The notes beneath the pieces are model-generated. The model did not search any database. It saw nothing but the letters and a program-made list of their open reading frames with translations, and was not told the origin of the DNA. A program made the position numbers and the translations under genes. Source: Mariprofundaceae bacterium (GTDB lineage: Bacteria > Pseudomonadota > Zetaproteobacteria > Mariprofundales > Mariprofundaceae). From it: DNA of 64,000 nt. How positions within the stretch are numbered: position 1 is the stretch's first letter; each line of letters begins with the position of its first letter. Positions 8,821 to 17,563 of this stretch are shown here, piece after piece. Where the stretch lies: positions 14,589 through 78,588 of the forward strand of contig WFOK01000015.1 in the NCBI GenBank assembly GCA_015488115.1, written 5' to 3'.

Positions 8821-9912
8821 TCAAGCGCGGAAGCTTTCGATCAGGCGCCTGATCTCATCGGGCTGCACGTCCTCGCAGATGAAGGCATGACCGATGTCGC
8901 GCATCAGCACGAAACGAACAAGCGTGCCGATGTTCTTCTTGTCATGGGCCATGGCGTCCATCCAGTCACCAAAGGAAAAGGAAGGGATTTTCGTGGGCAG
9001 GCCCGCTGCCTGCAGAAGATGCAGAACCGCGTCCTCACACCCGGCCGGCGCAAGGCCCTTCTGCTCGGACAGGCGGGCAGCCATGCGCATGCCAAGTCCC
9101 ACGGCTTCCCCATGCAGATAGCGCCGATAACCCGTCAAGGCCTCGATGGCATGGCCAAAGGTGTGACCAAGATTCAGCAAGGCGCGCTTCCCCCGTTCGG
9201 TTTCATCGGCCATGACGATCTCCGCCTTGTAGCGGCAGGCGTTCAGGATCATTTGTGAAACGACATCCTCGTCCAGCGCGAGCGCCCTGGGCATGACGGT
9301 GTCCAGCCAGTCGAAGAAGCCCCTGTCCCAGATGGCGCCATACTTGATGACCTCGGCAAGGCCGGCCCGTATTTCTCTGGGATCAAGGGTCGCGAGCACC
9401 CTTGGATCGATCCAGACGAGCCTGGGCTGGTAAAAGGCGCCGATCATGTTCTTGCCCTGGGGATGGTTGACCCCCGTCTTCCCACCAACACTGGAATCAA
9501 CCTGAGCCAGCAGCGTCGTGGGTATCTGCACATAAGGGATACCCCTGCGATAGCAGGCCGCGGCAAAACCGGCCATGTCGCCGACCACGCCCCCACCAAG
9601 CGCAAGTGCAGGCTCGTTTCGCGCCAGCCGCGCATCCATCATGGCATCGAGAATGCCAGACCAGGTGTCCAGGGTCTTGAAGCGCTCTCCATCGGGAAGA
9701 ATGCAGTGAAAACAGCTCCACCCGGACCGCTCAAGCGAATCCGTGACCTTCCCGAGATAAAGCGGCGCAACGGTCTCGTTGGTCACGACAAAACAGCGTC
9801 CGGCATCGGGCACGACCTCGCGCAGGGCCCGGCCGATCCGGTCCAGGCAACCCGGTTCGATATGAATGTCATAGGCGCGATCGCCCAAGTCCACATGATA
9901 AACCTTTTTCAT
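8821..9912 (-). CDS. aroB: 3-dehydroquinate synthase
   Basis: 363 aa. GGGVVGDMAGFAAA, VDSSVGGKTGVNHP and HTFGHAIE motifs. It lies 31 nt downstream of pilQ. Confidence 0.93.
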   Translation of the reverse strand: MKKVYHVDLGDRAYDIHIEPGCLDRIGRALREVVPDAGRCFVVTNETVAPLYLGKVTDSLERSGWSCFHCILPDGERFKTLDTWSGILDAMMDARLARNEPALALGGGVVGDMAGFAAACYRRGIPYVQIPTTLLAQVDSSVGGKTGVNHPQGKNMIGAFYQPRLVWIDPRVLATLDPREIRAGLAEVIKYGAIWDRGFFDWLDTVMPRALALDEDVVSQMILNACRYKAEIVMADETERGKRALLNLGHTFGHAIEALTGYRRYLHGEAVGLGMRMAARLSEQKGLAPAGCEDAVLHLLQAAGLPTKIPSFSFGDWMDAMAHDKKNIGTLVRFVLMRDIGHAFICEDVQPDEIRRLIESFRA

Positions 9913-9943
9913 GCCGCCATCCTGTCAGAAAACCGGTCCGATG

Positions 9944-12382
9944 TCAGAGCTGCCCTGGCTGCCGTGCGACCGATTGTCCGCCGCTTGTCACCAGCGTCGG
10001 GGTGATGAACAGCATGAGCTCGACGCGGGAGTCTTCCTTTTTGTCCTTCTGGAACAGGTGCCCCAGAATCGGCAGCTTGCTCAGGCCCGGCACCGCATTC
10101 TTGGTATTGCTCACAGTCTTCGAGTAGATGCCGCCAAGCACGACGGTCTCGCCGTTGTCGACGAGGAGCTTCGTCTTCAGAAACTTCTTGTCGATCAGCG
10201 GATCGCCCTGCGGGTTCAGCGTGTTCTGTTGCGGCGTGTCCTTGTGAATCTCGATATCCATGATGATCTTGTCGTCCGCCGTAATTTGCGGCGTCACAAT
10301 CAGGCTCAGTTTGGCCTCGCGCATGACCGTCGTCGTGACCAGCACGCCACCATCGGCCTGCGTCTGGGAGAACGGAATCTCGATGATCTGCTCCATGCGG
10401 GCTTCCTGCATGTTGCTGGTCAGCACGCGCGGGCTGGAGAGCACCTTGACCTTCTGATCCGCCTCAGCGGCTGACAACTCCAGATTCACATTCAACACAT
10501 TGCTCAGGGTTCCCAGGTTGTACAGCACACCCCCAGTCGGCCCCTGGGCCGGAAGATCCACGAGATTCCCGCCACCCAGCGCGCCGCCGACCCGATGACT
10601 GAACCGCTGCCCTCCCGCGCCTATGGCATCATTGTAGGTCCCGCCCCATTTGATGCCGAGATCGCGGGAGAATGACTTGGTGGCCTCGACTATGCGAGCC
10701 TCGATCAGCACTTGCTGCACCGGCTTGTCCAACTCCGCGATCAGGCGCTTGATGTTATTCACGCGCTCCCGTGTGTCGGTCACGATGAGTACATTGCTGC
10801 GCTCATCCATCAGCAGGGTACCCCGGGAGGACAGCAATGCCAGTCCCTGTTCCCCGCCCGCAGCCGCCGATGACGCCGCACCCTGCTGCGCGGCCTGATC
10901 ATTGCCGCTTTGTCCCTGCTTCTGCGCCGCACTCTCGATCAGGGCCTTGATATCGGACACGGATGCATATCCCAGATGGATGAACTCGGTGACCAGCGGC
11001 TCCAATTCCTGCACCGAGGTTCTTGCTTTGATGCGCGCGGCACGCTCCTGTTCGAGAACGGCCAGGGGCGCAATGCGCAGGACATTGCCCTGTTGCTCCT
11101 TGCCCAGGCCCTTGACGGCAAGGATCAAGTCCAGTGCCTGGTCCCAAGGCACGTCAACAAGGCGCATGGTCAACTTGCCTTGGATGTCATCGCCCATGAT
11201 GATGTTCAGGTCGCTCACTTCCGCGATCAGCTTCAGGGCATTGCGGATATCGATGTCCTTGAAATCGAAGCTTACCTTATCGCCATGGTACTTCAGGCCC
11301 GCATCTCCTTCCCTGACCAAGGCAACAGGCGCCAGATTCAACGTCAGCACATTGCCGGACTGGAAGGACGTCAGCCGCACCTTGTCGCGCAACCTGGCCA
11401 CGATGCGCACGCCATCCCCCTTGCGATAACTGTCAATCTGACGCACCGGTCCCGGAAAGCTGCTAACATCCAACGTTCGTTCCAGCACGTCCGGCAGGCC
11501 AGCATGCGCGATGTCCACGATCGCGAAATCCTTCTTTTGACGGACACTGACCACGGGGTTCGGCTGGTCCGTTCGAATGATGATGCGGGCCGACTGACCA
11601 TCCGGCACGAAATCGATCGTCCGGACGCGCTGCCGCTGTTCCACCGCCTGATGCGCCTGGCCCAGACGAAGCACCCATTGGCCGGGGGAGCTCTCGATCT
11701 GATGGCTGAGCCCTTGGGCGGCACTTAGATTCAGCACGAGCCTCAGCCTGTTTTCCGCAGCGCCGACCGTGATGTCCTGGAGATATCTGCTGGAATAACT
11801 GAAATGCTCCTTGGCCAGCTTCGACTCAGCCCCCCAAAAATCGACAATCAGCGTGCGTCCGTCATTGACGAAATAGGCATTGCTGTTCATGTCCATGTGC
11901 TCGCCGCGCAAGAACACCTCGGTAACGCCTTCATGGTCCCGCACGACAATGTCCTTCAGCACGGCCCTTGCCCGAGACTCCGGCTTGCTGCCCGCATGGA
12001 AAACATGCACGACCAAGCGCGCACCTTGTTCCTCCATCCTGTATTTCGCCTTGCCATCCAGGCTCAGCGCGACACGCACGGCATCCTTCCGCTGATCCAG
12101 CGCAACATGCTGCACGATGCTCCCCTTGCCGGGGGGCTGGGTGGCACCGGCAAGGCGGGCATGCTCAAGCTGGACGATGAGCCTCTGCGGGGCCTCCAGC
12201 TCGTAAAGGCGATACGCCGCAGGCTTGTCCAGCTCGATGATCAGTCGTTCCTCGCCCTCCGAGGCATGCAGGGACACCGACTGCACCGTGGCAGCCAAGG
12301 CCGCTGTTGCGTCGCCGAGCCAGATAAGTTCGCCGATCAGCAACAGACAACAGGCCAACCATGTTCGCTTCATCCCCTTCAT
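9944..12382 (-). CDS. pilQ: Type IV pilus secretin PilQ
   Basis: 812 aa. Signal peptide, repeated AMIN-like N-terminal modules, and a secretin C-terminus (VLSSPRVLTSNMQEARMEQ, PGLSKLPILGHLF). ATG overlaps the pilO stop (ATGA). Confidence 0.93.
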   Translation of the reverse strand: MKGMKRTWLACCLLLIGELIWLGDATAALAATVQSVSLHASEGEERLIIELDKPAAYRLYELEAPQRLIVQLEHARLAGATQPPGKGSIVQHVALDQRKDAVRVALSLDGKAKYRMEEQGARLVVHVFHAGSKPESRARAVLKDIVVRDHEGVTEVFLRGEHMDMNSNAYFVNDGRTLIVDFWGAESKLAKEHFSYSSRYLQDITVGAAENRLRLVLNLSAAQGLSHQIESSPGQWVLRLGQAHQAVEQRQRVRTIDFVPDGQSARIIIRTDQPNPVVSVRQKKDFAIVDIAHAGLPDVLERTLDVSSFPGPVRQIDSYRKGDGVRIVARLRDKVRLTSFQSGNVLTLNLAPVALVREGDAGLKYHGDKVSFDFKDIDIRNALKLIAEVSDLNIIMGDDIQGKLTMRLVDVPWDQALDLILAVKGLGKEQQGNVLRIAPLAVLEQERAARIKARTSVQELEPLVTEFIHLGYASVSDIKALIESAAQKQGQSGNDQAAQQGAASSAAAGGEQGLALLSSRGTLLMDERSNVLIVTDTRERVNNIKRLIAELDKPVQQVLIEARIVEATKSFSRDLGIKWGGTYNDAIGAGGQRFSHRVGGALGGGNLVDLPAQGPTGGVLYNLGTLSNVLNVNLELSAAEADQKVKVLSSPRVLTSNMQEARMEQIIEIPFSQTQADGGVLVTTTVMREAKLSLIVTPQITADDKIIMDIEIHKDTPQQNTLNPQGDPLIDKKFLKTKLLVDNGETVVLGGIYSKTVSNTKNAVPGLSKLPILGHLFQKDKKEDSRVELMLFITPTLVTSGGQSVARQPGQL

Positions 12383-13005
12383 TCCCTGCCTCCCCGAACC
12401 GCGCCGGCTTCGGGCTTCGGCCTGTCGCCGACGAAACGATAGGTCACAATCTCGCCTTCGATGTTCAAGCCAGAGCCCTGTCCATCCGGCACGATGACCA
12501 GATGCTTGACATCAACGATCCTGGGCAGCTCACCGACCCGCTTGAGAAACGACAGCAACTGACGAAACGTGCCATGCACGACGACCGAGACCGGCACCTC
12601 CGCATATATTTCATGCATCCTCTCTTCCTTCGGCTCGAACACCGAAAAATCCAGGCCCGCATCCTTGCCTGCCCAGGAGACACTGGCCAGCAACTCGTCA
12701 ATCTGAGACTTCTTCGGCAGCATGGCCAGCGTGAGCTGCAGGTCCTTGACCAGCTTCTGATATTCATTCCTTTTCAATTCCAATTGTTCGGCAATCGCGC
12801 GGTTCCTTTCCAGGGTGCGCTTCTGCTCGTCGATGGCGGCATGAAGCTCATCGAGCCGATCCTGAACGGGCATCCAGAAGAGATATCCGTAACCCAGCAC
12901 CATCAGCAGGACCATGCCAGCGATGGCCGCCAGCTTTTGCCACAAGGGATAAGCCAGCAGGGGCTTCAGCCTGTCCAGTGCGGCGGGATCCAGCCCGAGC
13001 TTCAC
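12379..13005 (-). CDS. pilO: Type IV pilus alignment protein PilO
   Basis: 208 aa. GTG start overlaps the pilN stop. One TM, a coiled coil and a C-terminal core, in the conserved position between pilN and pilQ. Confidence 0.8.
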   Translation of the reverse strand: MKLGLDPAALDRLKPLLAYPLWQKLAAIAGMVLLMVLGYGYLFWMPVQDRLDELHAAIDEQKRTLERNRAIAEQLELKRNEYQKLVKDLQLTLAMLPKKSQIDELLASVSWAGKDAGLDFSVFEPKEERMHEIYAEVPVSVVVHGTFRQLLSFLKRVGELPRIVDVKHLVIVPDGQGSGLNIEGEIVTYRFVGDRPKPEAGAVRGGRE

Positions 13006-13586
13006 CGTCCCCTCCTGGCAGGCTGTGTCTCCTGGCTGCTTTCCAGCGCTGCATGCCGATACAGAACCAGTCGGAACTGACGCACGGTATACCCTCCGAC
13101 ACGTTGCCTGGATACGCCTTCCAGGCGGATTTCCCTGAAATGCGGGGAATGATCCATGGCGCGCATGAAATCAGCGATGGCCTTGTTGCTTTCCGCCATG
13201 CCCTCAAGGCGGACATGCCCTCCTGCGTCTTCGAAGCGCGTCAACCAGACATTCGCCGGTATTCGATTCGAGAGATCAAAAAGCGTTGTCAGCGAACGGA
13301 AGCGACCCATCTGCAACGTATCGATGATCTTCAGCTTCTTTTCGACCTCGGCCCGCAACGCATCGATGGTCTTGATCTCTCCGATGTTTTTCTCAAGCGC
13401 CTCGTTTTCCTGCCTGAGCTGTTCCAGCTCTTCCTGCGTCTGCTCCACAATGCCGTCCAAATGCGCATGCCAGATGCCAAGGCTGATGAGGACCAGGACA
13501 GCCGCACCCAGAGCGCCCGCAAGGTGCGCCAGCACCTGCATCCTGCGCCTGTGCTGCCGATACGGAAGCAGATTGATCCGAATCAT
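13002..13586 (-). CDS. pilN: Type IV pilus alignment protein PilN
   Basis: 194 aa. Diagnostic N-terminus MIRINLLPYR followed by a TM. ATGA overlap with pilM. Confidence 0.88.
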   Translation of the reverse strand: MIRINLLPYRQHRRRMQVLAHLAGALGAAVLVLISLGIWHAHLDGIVEQTQEELEQLRQENEALEKNIGEIKTIDALRAEVEKKLKIIDTLQMGRFRSLTTLFDLSNRIPANVWLTRFEDAGGHVRLEGMAESNKAIADFMRAMDHSPHFREIRLEGVSRQRVGGYTVRQFRLVLYRHAALESSQETQPARRGR

Positions 13587-14671
13587 GGGTCGAATGCCCT
13601 CAAGGCCAAGCCGACGGGCACGACCAGGCGCGGTCCCGCCTGCATGATGGCCTGTGCATCCAGCCCACCGTGCGGCGGGATGGCGATGGTGGGGAACGGG
13701 TGCATCAAGTCAACCTGCATGCCCGTGCGACCGGAAAGCGCATCGGCGATGCCAGGCATCAGGGCGACACCTCCGCTTAGCAGGATACGTTCCACGGGAA
13801 ACTTGGAGTGATAGGCCGAATAGAACTCGAGCGAACGCATCAATTCGGAGGCCAATTCATCGAAATAGCCACCGACAAGACCCGCATCGAGCTCGGAGAA
13901 ACGCTCCATCTTCATGCGTTCGGCCTGCTCAAAGCCCAGGCCATAATGTTTCTGAATGGCTTCCGTCAGCTGGTTGCCACCGTAGAAATGATCCCGGACG
14001 AATGTCAGTCGGTCGCGGATCAGCACGGTCATGTTGATCAACGAAGCGCCGATGTTCACGAGGGCGACCGTCTGGGGGCCGTCCCGCTCAGACCAGCCCT
14101 GATGATAGATGTCCTCGGAGGAAACCTCGCCGATGACCTCCGCGACATTCTTCAACGTGAACACAGAGCAGTCCACGCAAGCAAGCTCGAGCCCGGCTTC
14201 TTCCAGCAAGGCCCGATAGTCATCCACGACCTCGCGCTTGCAGGCCACGACCACGATCTCCAGTTGTTCAGGGTCCTTTCTCGAAGGGCCCAGCACGTGA
14301 AAGTCCAGATACAGCTCATCGAGATCAAACGGGACATACTGCTCGGCCTCGTAGGCAATCTGGTCCTCGAGATCCAGTTCATGCATCTTGGGCATGAGAA
14401 TCATCTTCACGATGACGGCATTGCCTGAGATGGCGATGGCCGCCCGCTTCGTCTTCACGCCTGCCTGTTCCATAGCCGAGCCAATGGCCGACACCACGCC
14501 CTGCCGGTCATGAATCGCGTTCTCAATCACGGTGCCTTGCGGCAGGGGGACAACGGCATAAGCCCGCAGGCGATAGCCATGACGCCCACGCTGCAACTCC
14601 ACGACCTTCACCGATGAAGCCCCGATGTCCAGACCGACAAGGGAATCCCGGCCTGTGTGAAACAGCCTCAT
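13583..14671 (-). CDS. pilM: Type IV pilus assembly ATPase-fold protein PilM
   Basis: 362 aa. Actin-like fold beginning VGLDIGASSVKVVEL. SD GGAGGGAG lies directly upstream of ATG 14671. Confidence 0.92.
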   Translation of the reverse strand: MRLFHTGRDSLVGLDIGASSVKVVELQRGRHGYRLRAYAVVPLPQGTVIENAIHDRQGVVSAIGSAMEQAGVKTKRAAIAISGNAVIVKMILMPKMHELDLEDQIAYEAEQYVPFDLDELYLDFHVLGPSRKDPEQLEIVVVACKREVVDDYRALLEEAGLELACVDCSVFTLKNVAEVIGEVSSEDIYHQGWSERDGPQTVALVNIGASLINMTVLIRDRLTFVRDHFYGGNQLTEAIQKHYGLGFEQAERMKMERFSELDAGLVGGYFDELASELMRSLEFYSAYHSKFPVERILLSGGVALMPGIADALSGRTGMQVDLMHPFPTIAIPPHGGLDAQAIMQAGPRLVVPVGLALRAFDP

Positions 14672-14735
14672 TCTCCCTCCATGAGCCTCGGCTCAGAGAA
14701 GACTGATAGCCGAGAACGAACGTCCTGGCAAGTCA

Positions 14736-15158
14736 TCAGCGACCGAGGATGGAACGAAAGCCGCGCGGATTGGCCGTTTGCCCCCCATCAGCACACACCA
14801 CGCCCCCGACGCCGATTTCCCCCGTCTTTCCGGCATCCTTGTCCTTGCCTCCCTTGGCATCCTTTTGCTTGTCTTTTGACTGACCGCCCGTGTGTCCGTC
14901 ACAACCGGAGCGCCCCAGCGAACCGTCACTGCAAACGCAATACCTGATGCCGGTCGGACAGTCGCAGGAGGACTTCTCCTTGTCCTTGCTCTTGTCCTTG
15001 CTCTTGTCCTTGCTCTTGTCCTTGCTCTTGTCCTTGCTCTTGTCCGACGCCTTGATGAGCTTGCCGTCCTCGAAATCCGCTGCACCAAGCTGACTGATCG
15101 GCGCCCCGACGATCACGAACACGGCCAGCAGCAGGCCGGTGAACACGTTATGCATCAT
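14736..15158 (-). CDS. Small secreted Lys/Asp/Ser-repeat, Cys-rich protein (unknown function)
   Basis: 140 aa from ATGATG at 15158, preceded by SD GAAGGAGGG. Signal peptide MMHNVFTGLLLAVFVIVGAPISQLGAA. Six KDKS/KDKE repeat units, then CDCPTGIRYCVCSDGSLGRSGCDGH and a second K/D/G-rich tract. The track ORF start at 15254 is rejected because it overlaps the pilX end. Confidence 0.6.
   Translation of the reverse strand: MMHNVFTGLLLAVFVIVGAPISQLGAADFEDGKLIKASDKSKDKSKDKSKDKSKDKSKDKEKSSCDCPTGIRYCVCSDGSLGRSGCDGHTGGQSKDKQKDAKGGKDKDAGKTGEIGVGGVVCADGGQTANPRGFRSILGR
14979..15045. repeat. Perfect 12-bp tandem repeat, about 5.6 copies (CTTGTCCTTGCT), encoding (KDKS)n
   Basis: Read directly: five identical 12-nt units at 14979-15038 plus a partial sixth. 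The unit is a multiple of 3, so copy-number change stays in frame. Confidence 0.9.
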
Positions 15159-15166
15159 ACCCTCCT

Positions 15167-16084
15167 TCATTTGATCACACTGCGCAGAATCGCGGCCGGT
15201 TCTCCCCGAACATAACCAATGGCATAGGCCACGAGACCGTATTCCCTCAACCATTGGCCTGTGTTGGCATCGCAGGCCTGGGCTGTGGCAAACCCGGGGG
15301 CGTTCTTGTCACAGGGACACGCGGGAAGGCTGTTGCCTGTGCATGACTCGGGCGGCAAGCCACCGTAAAGCGAAGGCTTGTGGGGATCCAGGGGAAAGAT
15401 TTCGATGTCCCGATTGGCATCCCCGGCAGTCAGCCAGACAATGGCCCCGTTGTAAGGCACATCCTCGCCGACGACTGCGGGCTTCCTGTGCGGCAGCCTG
15501 GGAATGCTGGGCACGATGCTTCCGTCGCTTTTCATGTCCAGCCTGATGTATCGGGGCAGACGGCTGCTGATGTCCTGCATCTCCGGCCGGAAGCGTTGCG
15601 AGGCTGGCAGGGAGAAATCAATGCAATTGGGGAAACGCACCGCACTTTCGGCGCACAAGTAACGCTGTCCCAGGGGTCTGTTGTCCAGATAGAGTATCTG
15701 ACCGGACTTGCCAAGGGGATCCTGGTCGCTGACCAGGGTCGGCCCGGGATACCAAGGATAGGCCAGCCACTCACTGTAATCGCCCACGTCGCCAGCCTGG
15801 GGCGGCACGGCCGGTTCCGAGGCCGAGAACGAATGCGGCTGGGCGGATGCATAGCTGTCGAAATCGGCATCGTTGTTTAGTGCCCAGGCCAGATAGTTCA
15901 GTCCCGCCTCGGCAAAATAATAGGCCTGAGTGGAGCGCACCGCCGCGTGGCTGGTTTCGATGGATGTGCGGCTGACAAAATACATGGCCGTTGCCAGCAG
16001 GGTGAGCAGGCTCAGCACCACCAGCGCCATGGGCAACACAAACCCCCTTTGGCGGGCAACCGTTTTCACCTGTTCCTTGGCCAT
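15167..16084 (-). CDS. pilX: PilX-like type IV pilus minor pilin / assembly protein
   Basis: 305 aa from ATG 16084. N-terminus QRGFVLPMALVVLSLLTLLATAMYFVS is typical of the PilX N-terminal domain. It follows pilW, as in fimU-pilVWX operons. Confidence 0.7.
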   Translation of the reverse strand: MAKEQVKTVARQRGFVLPMALVVLSLLTLLATAMYFVSRTSIETSHAAVRSTQAYYFAEAGLNYLAWALNNDADFDSYASAQPHSFSASEPAVPPQAGDVGDYSEWLAYPWYPGPTLVSDQDPLGKSGQILYLDNRPLGQRYLCAESAVRFPNCIDFSLPASQRFRPEMQDISSRLPRYIRLDMKSDGSIVPSIPRLPHRKPAVVGEDVPYNGAIVWLTAGDANRDIEIFPLDPHKPSLYGGLPPESCTGNSLPACPCDKNAPGFATAQACDANTGQWLREYGLVAYAIGYVRGEPAAILRSVIK

Positions 16085-16581
16085 ACCTTGAACATCACCT
16101 CCAAAGGCTTGCTCTTGTGGTCCGCATCGATATACGAACCCTGCAGACGCAAGGTCCACACGCCTCCACTCTGACTCACGACAAAACCGTCAATGCCGCG
16201 GATCAGCTCCTGACAACCATCATTCTCACCCGGCCGGTCCCAGCAGATCCGCTTTCTCGCCGGCTCATGGCGGAAGCCCCCATGACTGGCCGCGACAAGC
16301 CCGCAACCACCCAATGGCTGCGAAGATTCAAGCGGCTGATAGATGATCTGGCGCTTCGCCGCATTCCAGCAAAGATTCTTGGCGAGCTTCAGTTCCGTCT
16401 GCATGATCTGCGAGGCCAGATACAGATCGGCCATGCGATCGGCCCGGCTTGCCTCCGAACGGCTCGCATTCACGCCGGAAAGAAACATGGCCACGATGCC
16501 GGCAAGGATCACGAGTCCGATGGCCATGCCGATCAAGAGTTCGATCAGGGTGAAGCCCCTTTGCATCGCTTCGCTCTGCAC
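16066..16581 (-). CDS. pilW: PilW-like minor pilin (prepilin-type N-terminal cleavage/methylation domain)
   Basis: 171 aa. Leader ends in G, followed by FTLIELLIGMAIGLVILAGIV. The start is GTG 16581 or ATG 16566. Confidence 0.72.
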   Translation of the reverse strand: MQSEAMQRGFTLIELLIGMAIGLVILAGIVAMFLSGVNASRSEASRADRMADLYLASQIMQTELKLAKNLCWNAAKRQIIYQPLESSQPLGGCGLVAASHGGFRHEPARKRICWDRPGENDGCQELIRGIDGFVVSQSGGVWTLRLQGSYIDADHKSKPLEVMFKVWPRNR

Positions 16582-16582
16582 G

Positions 16583-17071
16583 TTATTTCACCCGACTCAC
16601 ATCCATCAGGAACACTTCCCTGCCCTGTTGCTTGTGCGTCCAGGCAACCTTGACCACCTTGACGCGCGGCGCCACGACAAAACCCGCAGGCCGACCGAAA
16701 TCCCTGATAGCCAATGGCGCGGGAGGCAGCGGCCCCTTCGCCGGAACCACATCGGCCGTGATCTGATAATGCACGGGCGAAGAGCTCGGTGAACAGGTCG
16801 CCTTCACGGGATAATGCCTGGGCTGATTGAAGGGGCGGGTCGAGCAATCGGCCCGGATGCCCGGGAAACGGTCCTGGGCATCGTTCTGCCAGTCCTCAAG
16901 CAGCGATTCGGCCAGGTGCACGGCCGCCAGCCTCTCCCGGGCGACCTGTCCCTGATCCAGCACCGTGATGAAGAATGAGCCGATGGCCAGCAGGGCCACC
17001 ATGGCAATCAGCATGGCTATCAACGCCTCAATGATCGTGAAACCGCGCATGGCTTCCCGCACTCTCCTCAT
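16583..17071 (-). CDS. pilV: PilV-like minor pilin
   Basis: 162 aa from ATG 17071, which overlaps the upstream gene stop (ATGA). Prepilin motif G/FTIIEALIAMLIAMVALLAIG. ATG 17050 is an alternative start. Confidence 0.72.
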   Translation of the reverse strand: MRRVREAMRGFTIIEALIAMLIAMVALLAIGSFFITVLDQGQVARERLAAVHLAESLLEDWQNDAQDRFPGIRADCSTRPFNQPRHYPVKATCSPSSSPVHYQITADVVPAKGPLPPAPLAIRDFGRPAGFVVAPRVKVVKVAWTHKQQGREVFLMDVSRVK

Positions 17072-17517
17072 TCGATGTATGCGCGCCCGATGGCATTGAG
17101 GATGATGCGCTTTTTCTCCCCATGGGATGTGACCGAGATCACACCAAAGTTCACGGTACCCCGGCTGGTGAAGGTTCTCGTCGTCGTCGGAGTGATGCTC
17201 AGGTCCGGGGCGAACTGGGCATAGTCCACCACAATCTTCCTGCACTTGCTGCAATGGCCAGTTGTATCCGCATCGAACACATACCGGGTCTGTTCAAAGA
17301 CAATGCTCACATTGCGGTTCTCGGCAATGGCGAGGTTCCGGGCCTGCTTGAGATGCCCCACAAGGGTTTGAGCAGCGCCCTGCACGGCCTGGCGATGACG
17401 CCAGCCGCTCATGGCGGGCCAGGCCATCGCGGCCAGCACGCCTGCGATGACCAGTACGATGATCAATTCGATCAGGGTAAATCCCGCACTGCTTTCATGA
17501 CGCCGGCCCGATTCCAT
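17068..17517 (-). CDS. GspH/FimT-family minor pilin
   Basis: 149 aa from ATG 17517 (SD AAGGAAGGG). Leader MESGRRHESSAG followed by FTLIELIIVLVIAGVLAAMA. The first position in the minor-pilin operon matches FimT/FimU. Confidence 0.7.
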   Translation of the reverse strand: MESGRRHESSAGFTLIELIIVLVIAGVLAAMAWPAMSGWRHRQAVQGAAQTLVGHLKQARNLAIAENRNVSIVFEQTRYVFDADTTGHCSKCRKIVVDYAQFAPDLSITPTTTRTFTSRGTVNFGVISVTSHGEKKRIILNAIGRAYIE

Positions 17518-17563
17518 ATCCCTTCCTTGTCGCCCCCGAAGAATCGACCTATATTTGCCGCCA

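Noticed and set aside
14979-15045. Possible CRISPR or other non-coding repeat array.
   Set aside because: The units are contiguous 12-mers with no spacers and lie inside a coding frame. It is a coding tandem repeat, not CRISPR.
14693-15093. Alternative frames through the 12-bp tandem repeat: (RTRA)n on the minus strand and (LLLS)n or (LVLA)n on the plus strand.
   Set aside because: Only the KDKS frame has an SD, an ATG and a signal peptide. The other frames are by-products of the repeat.
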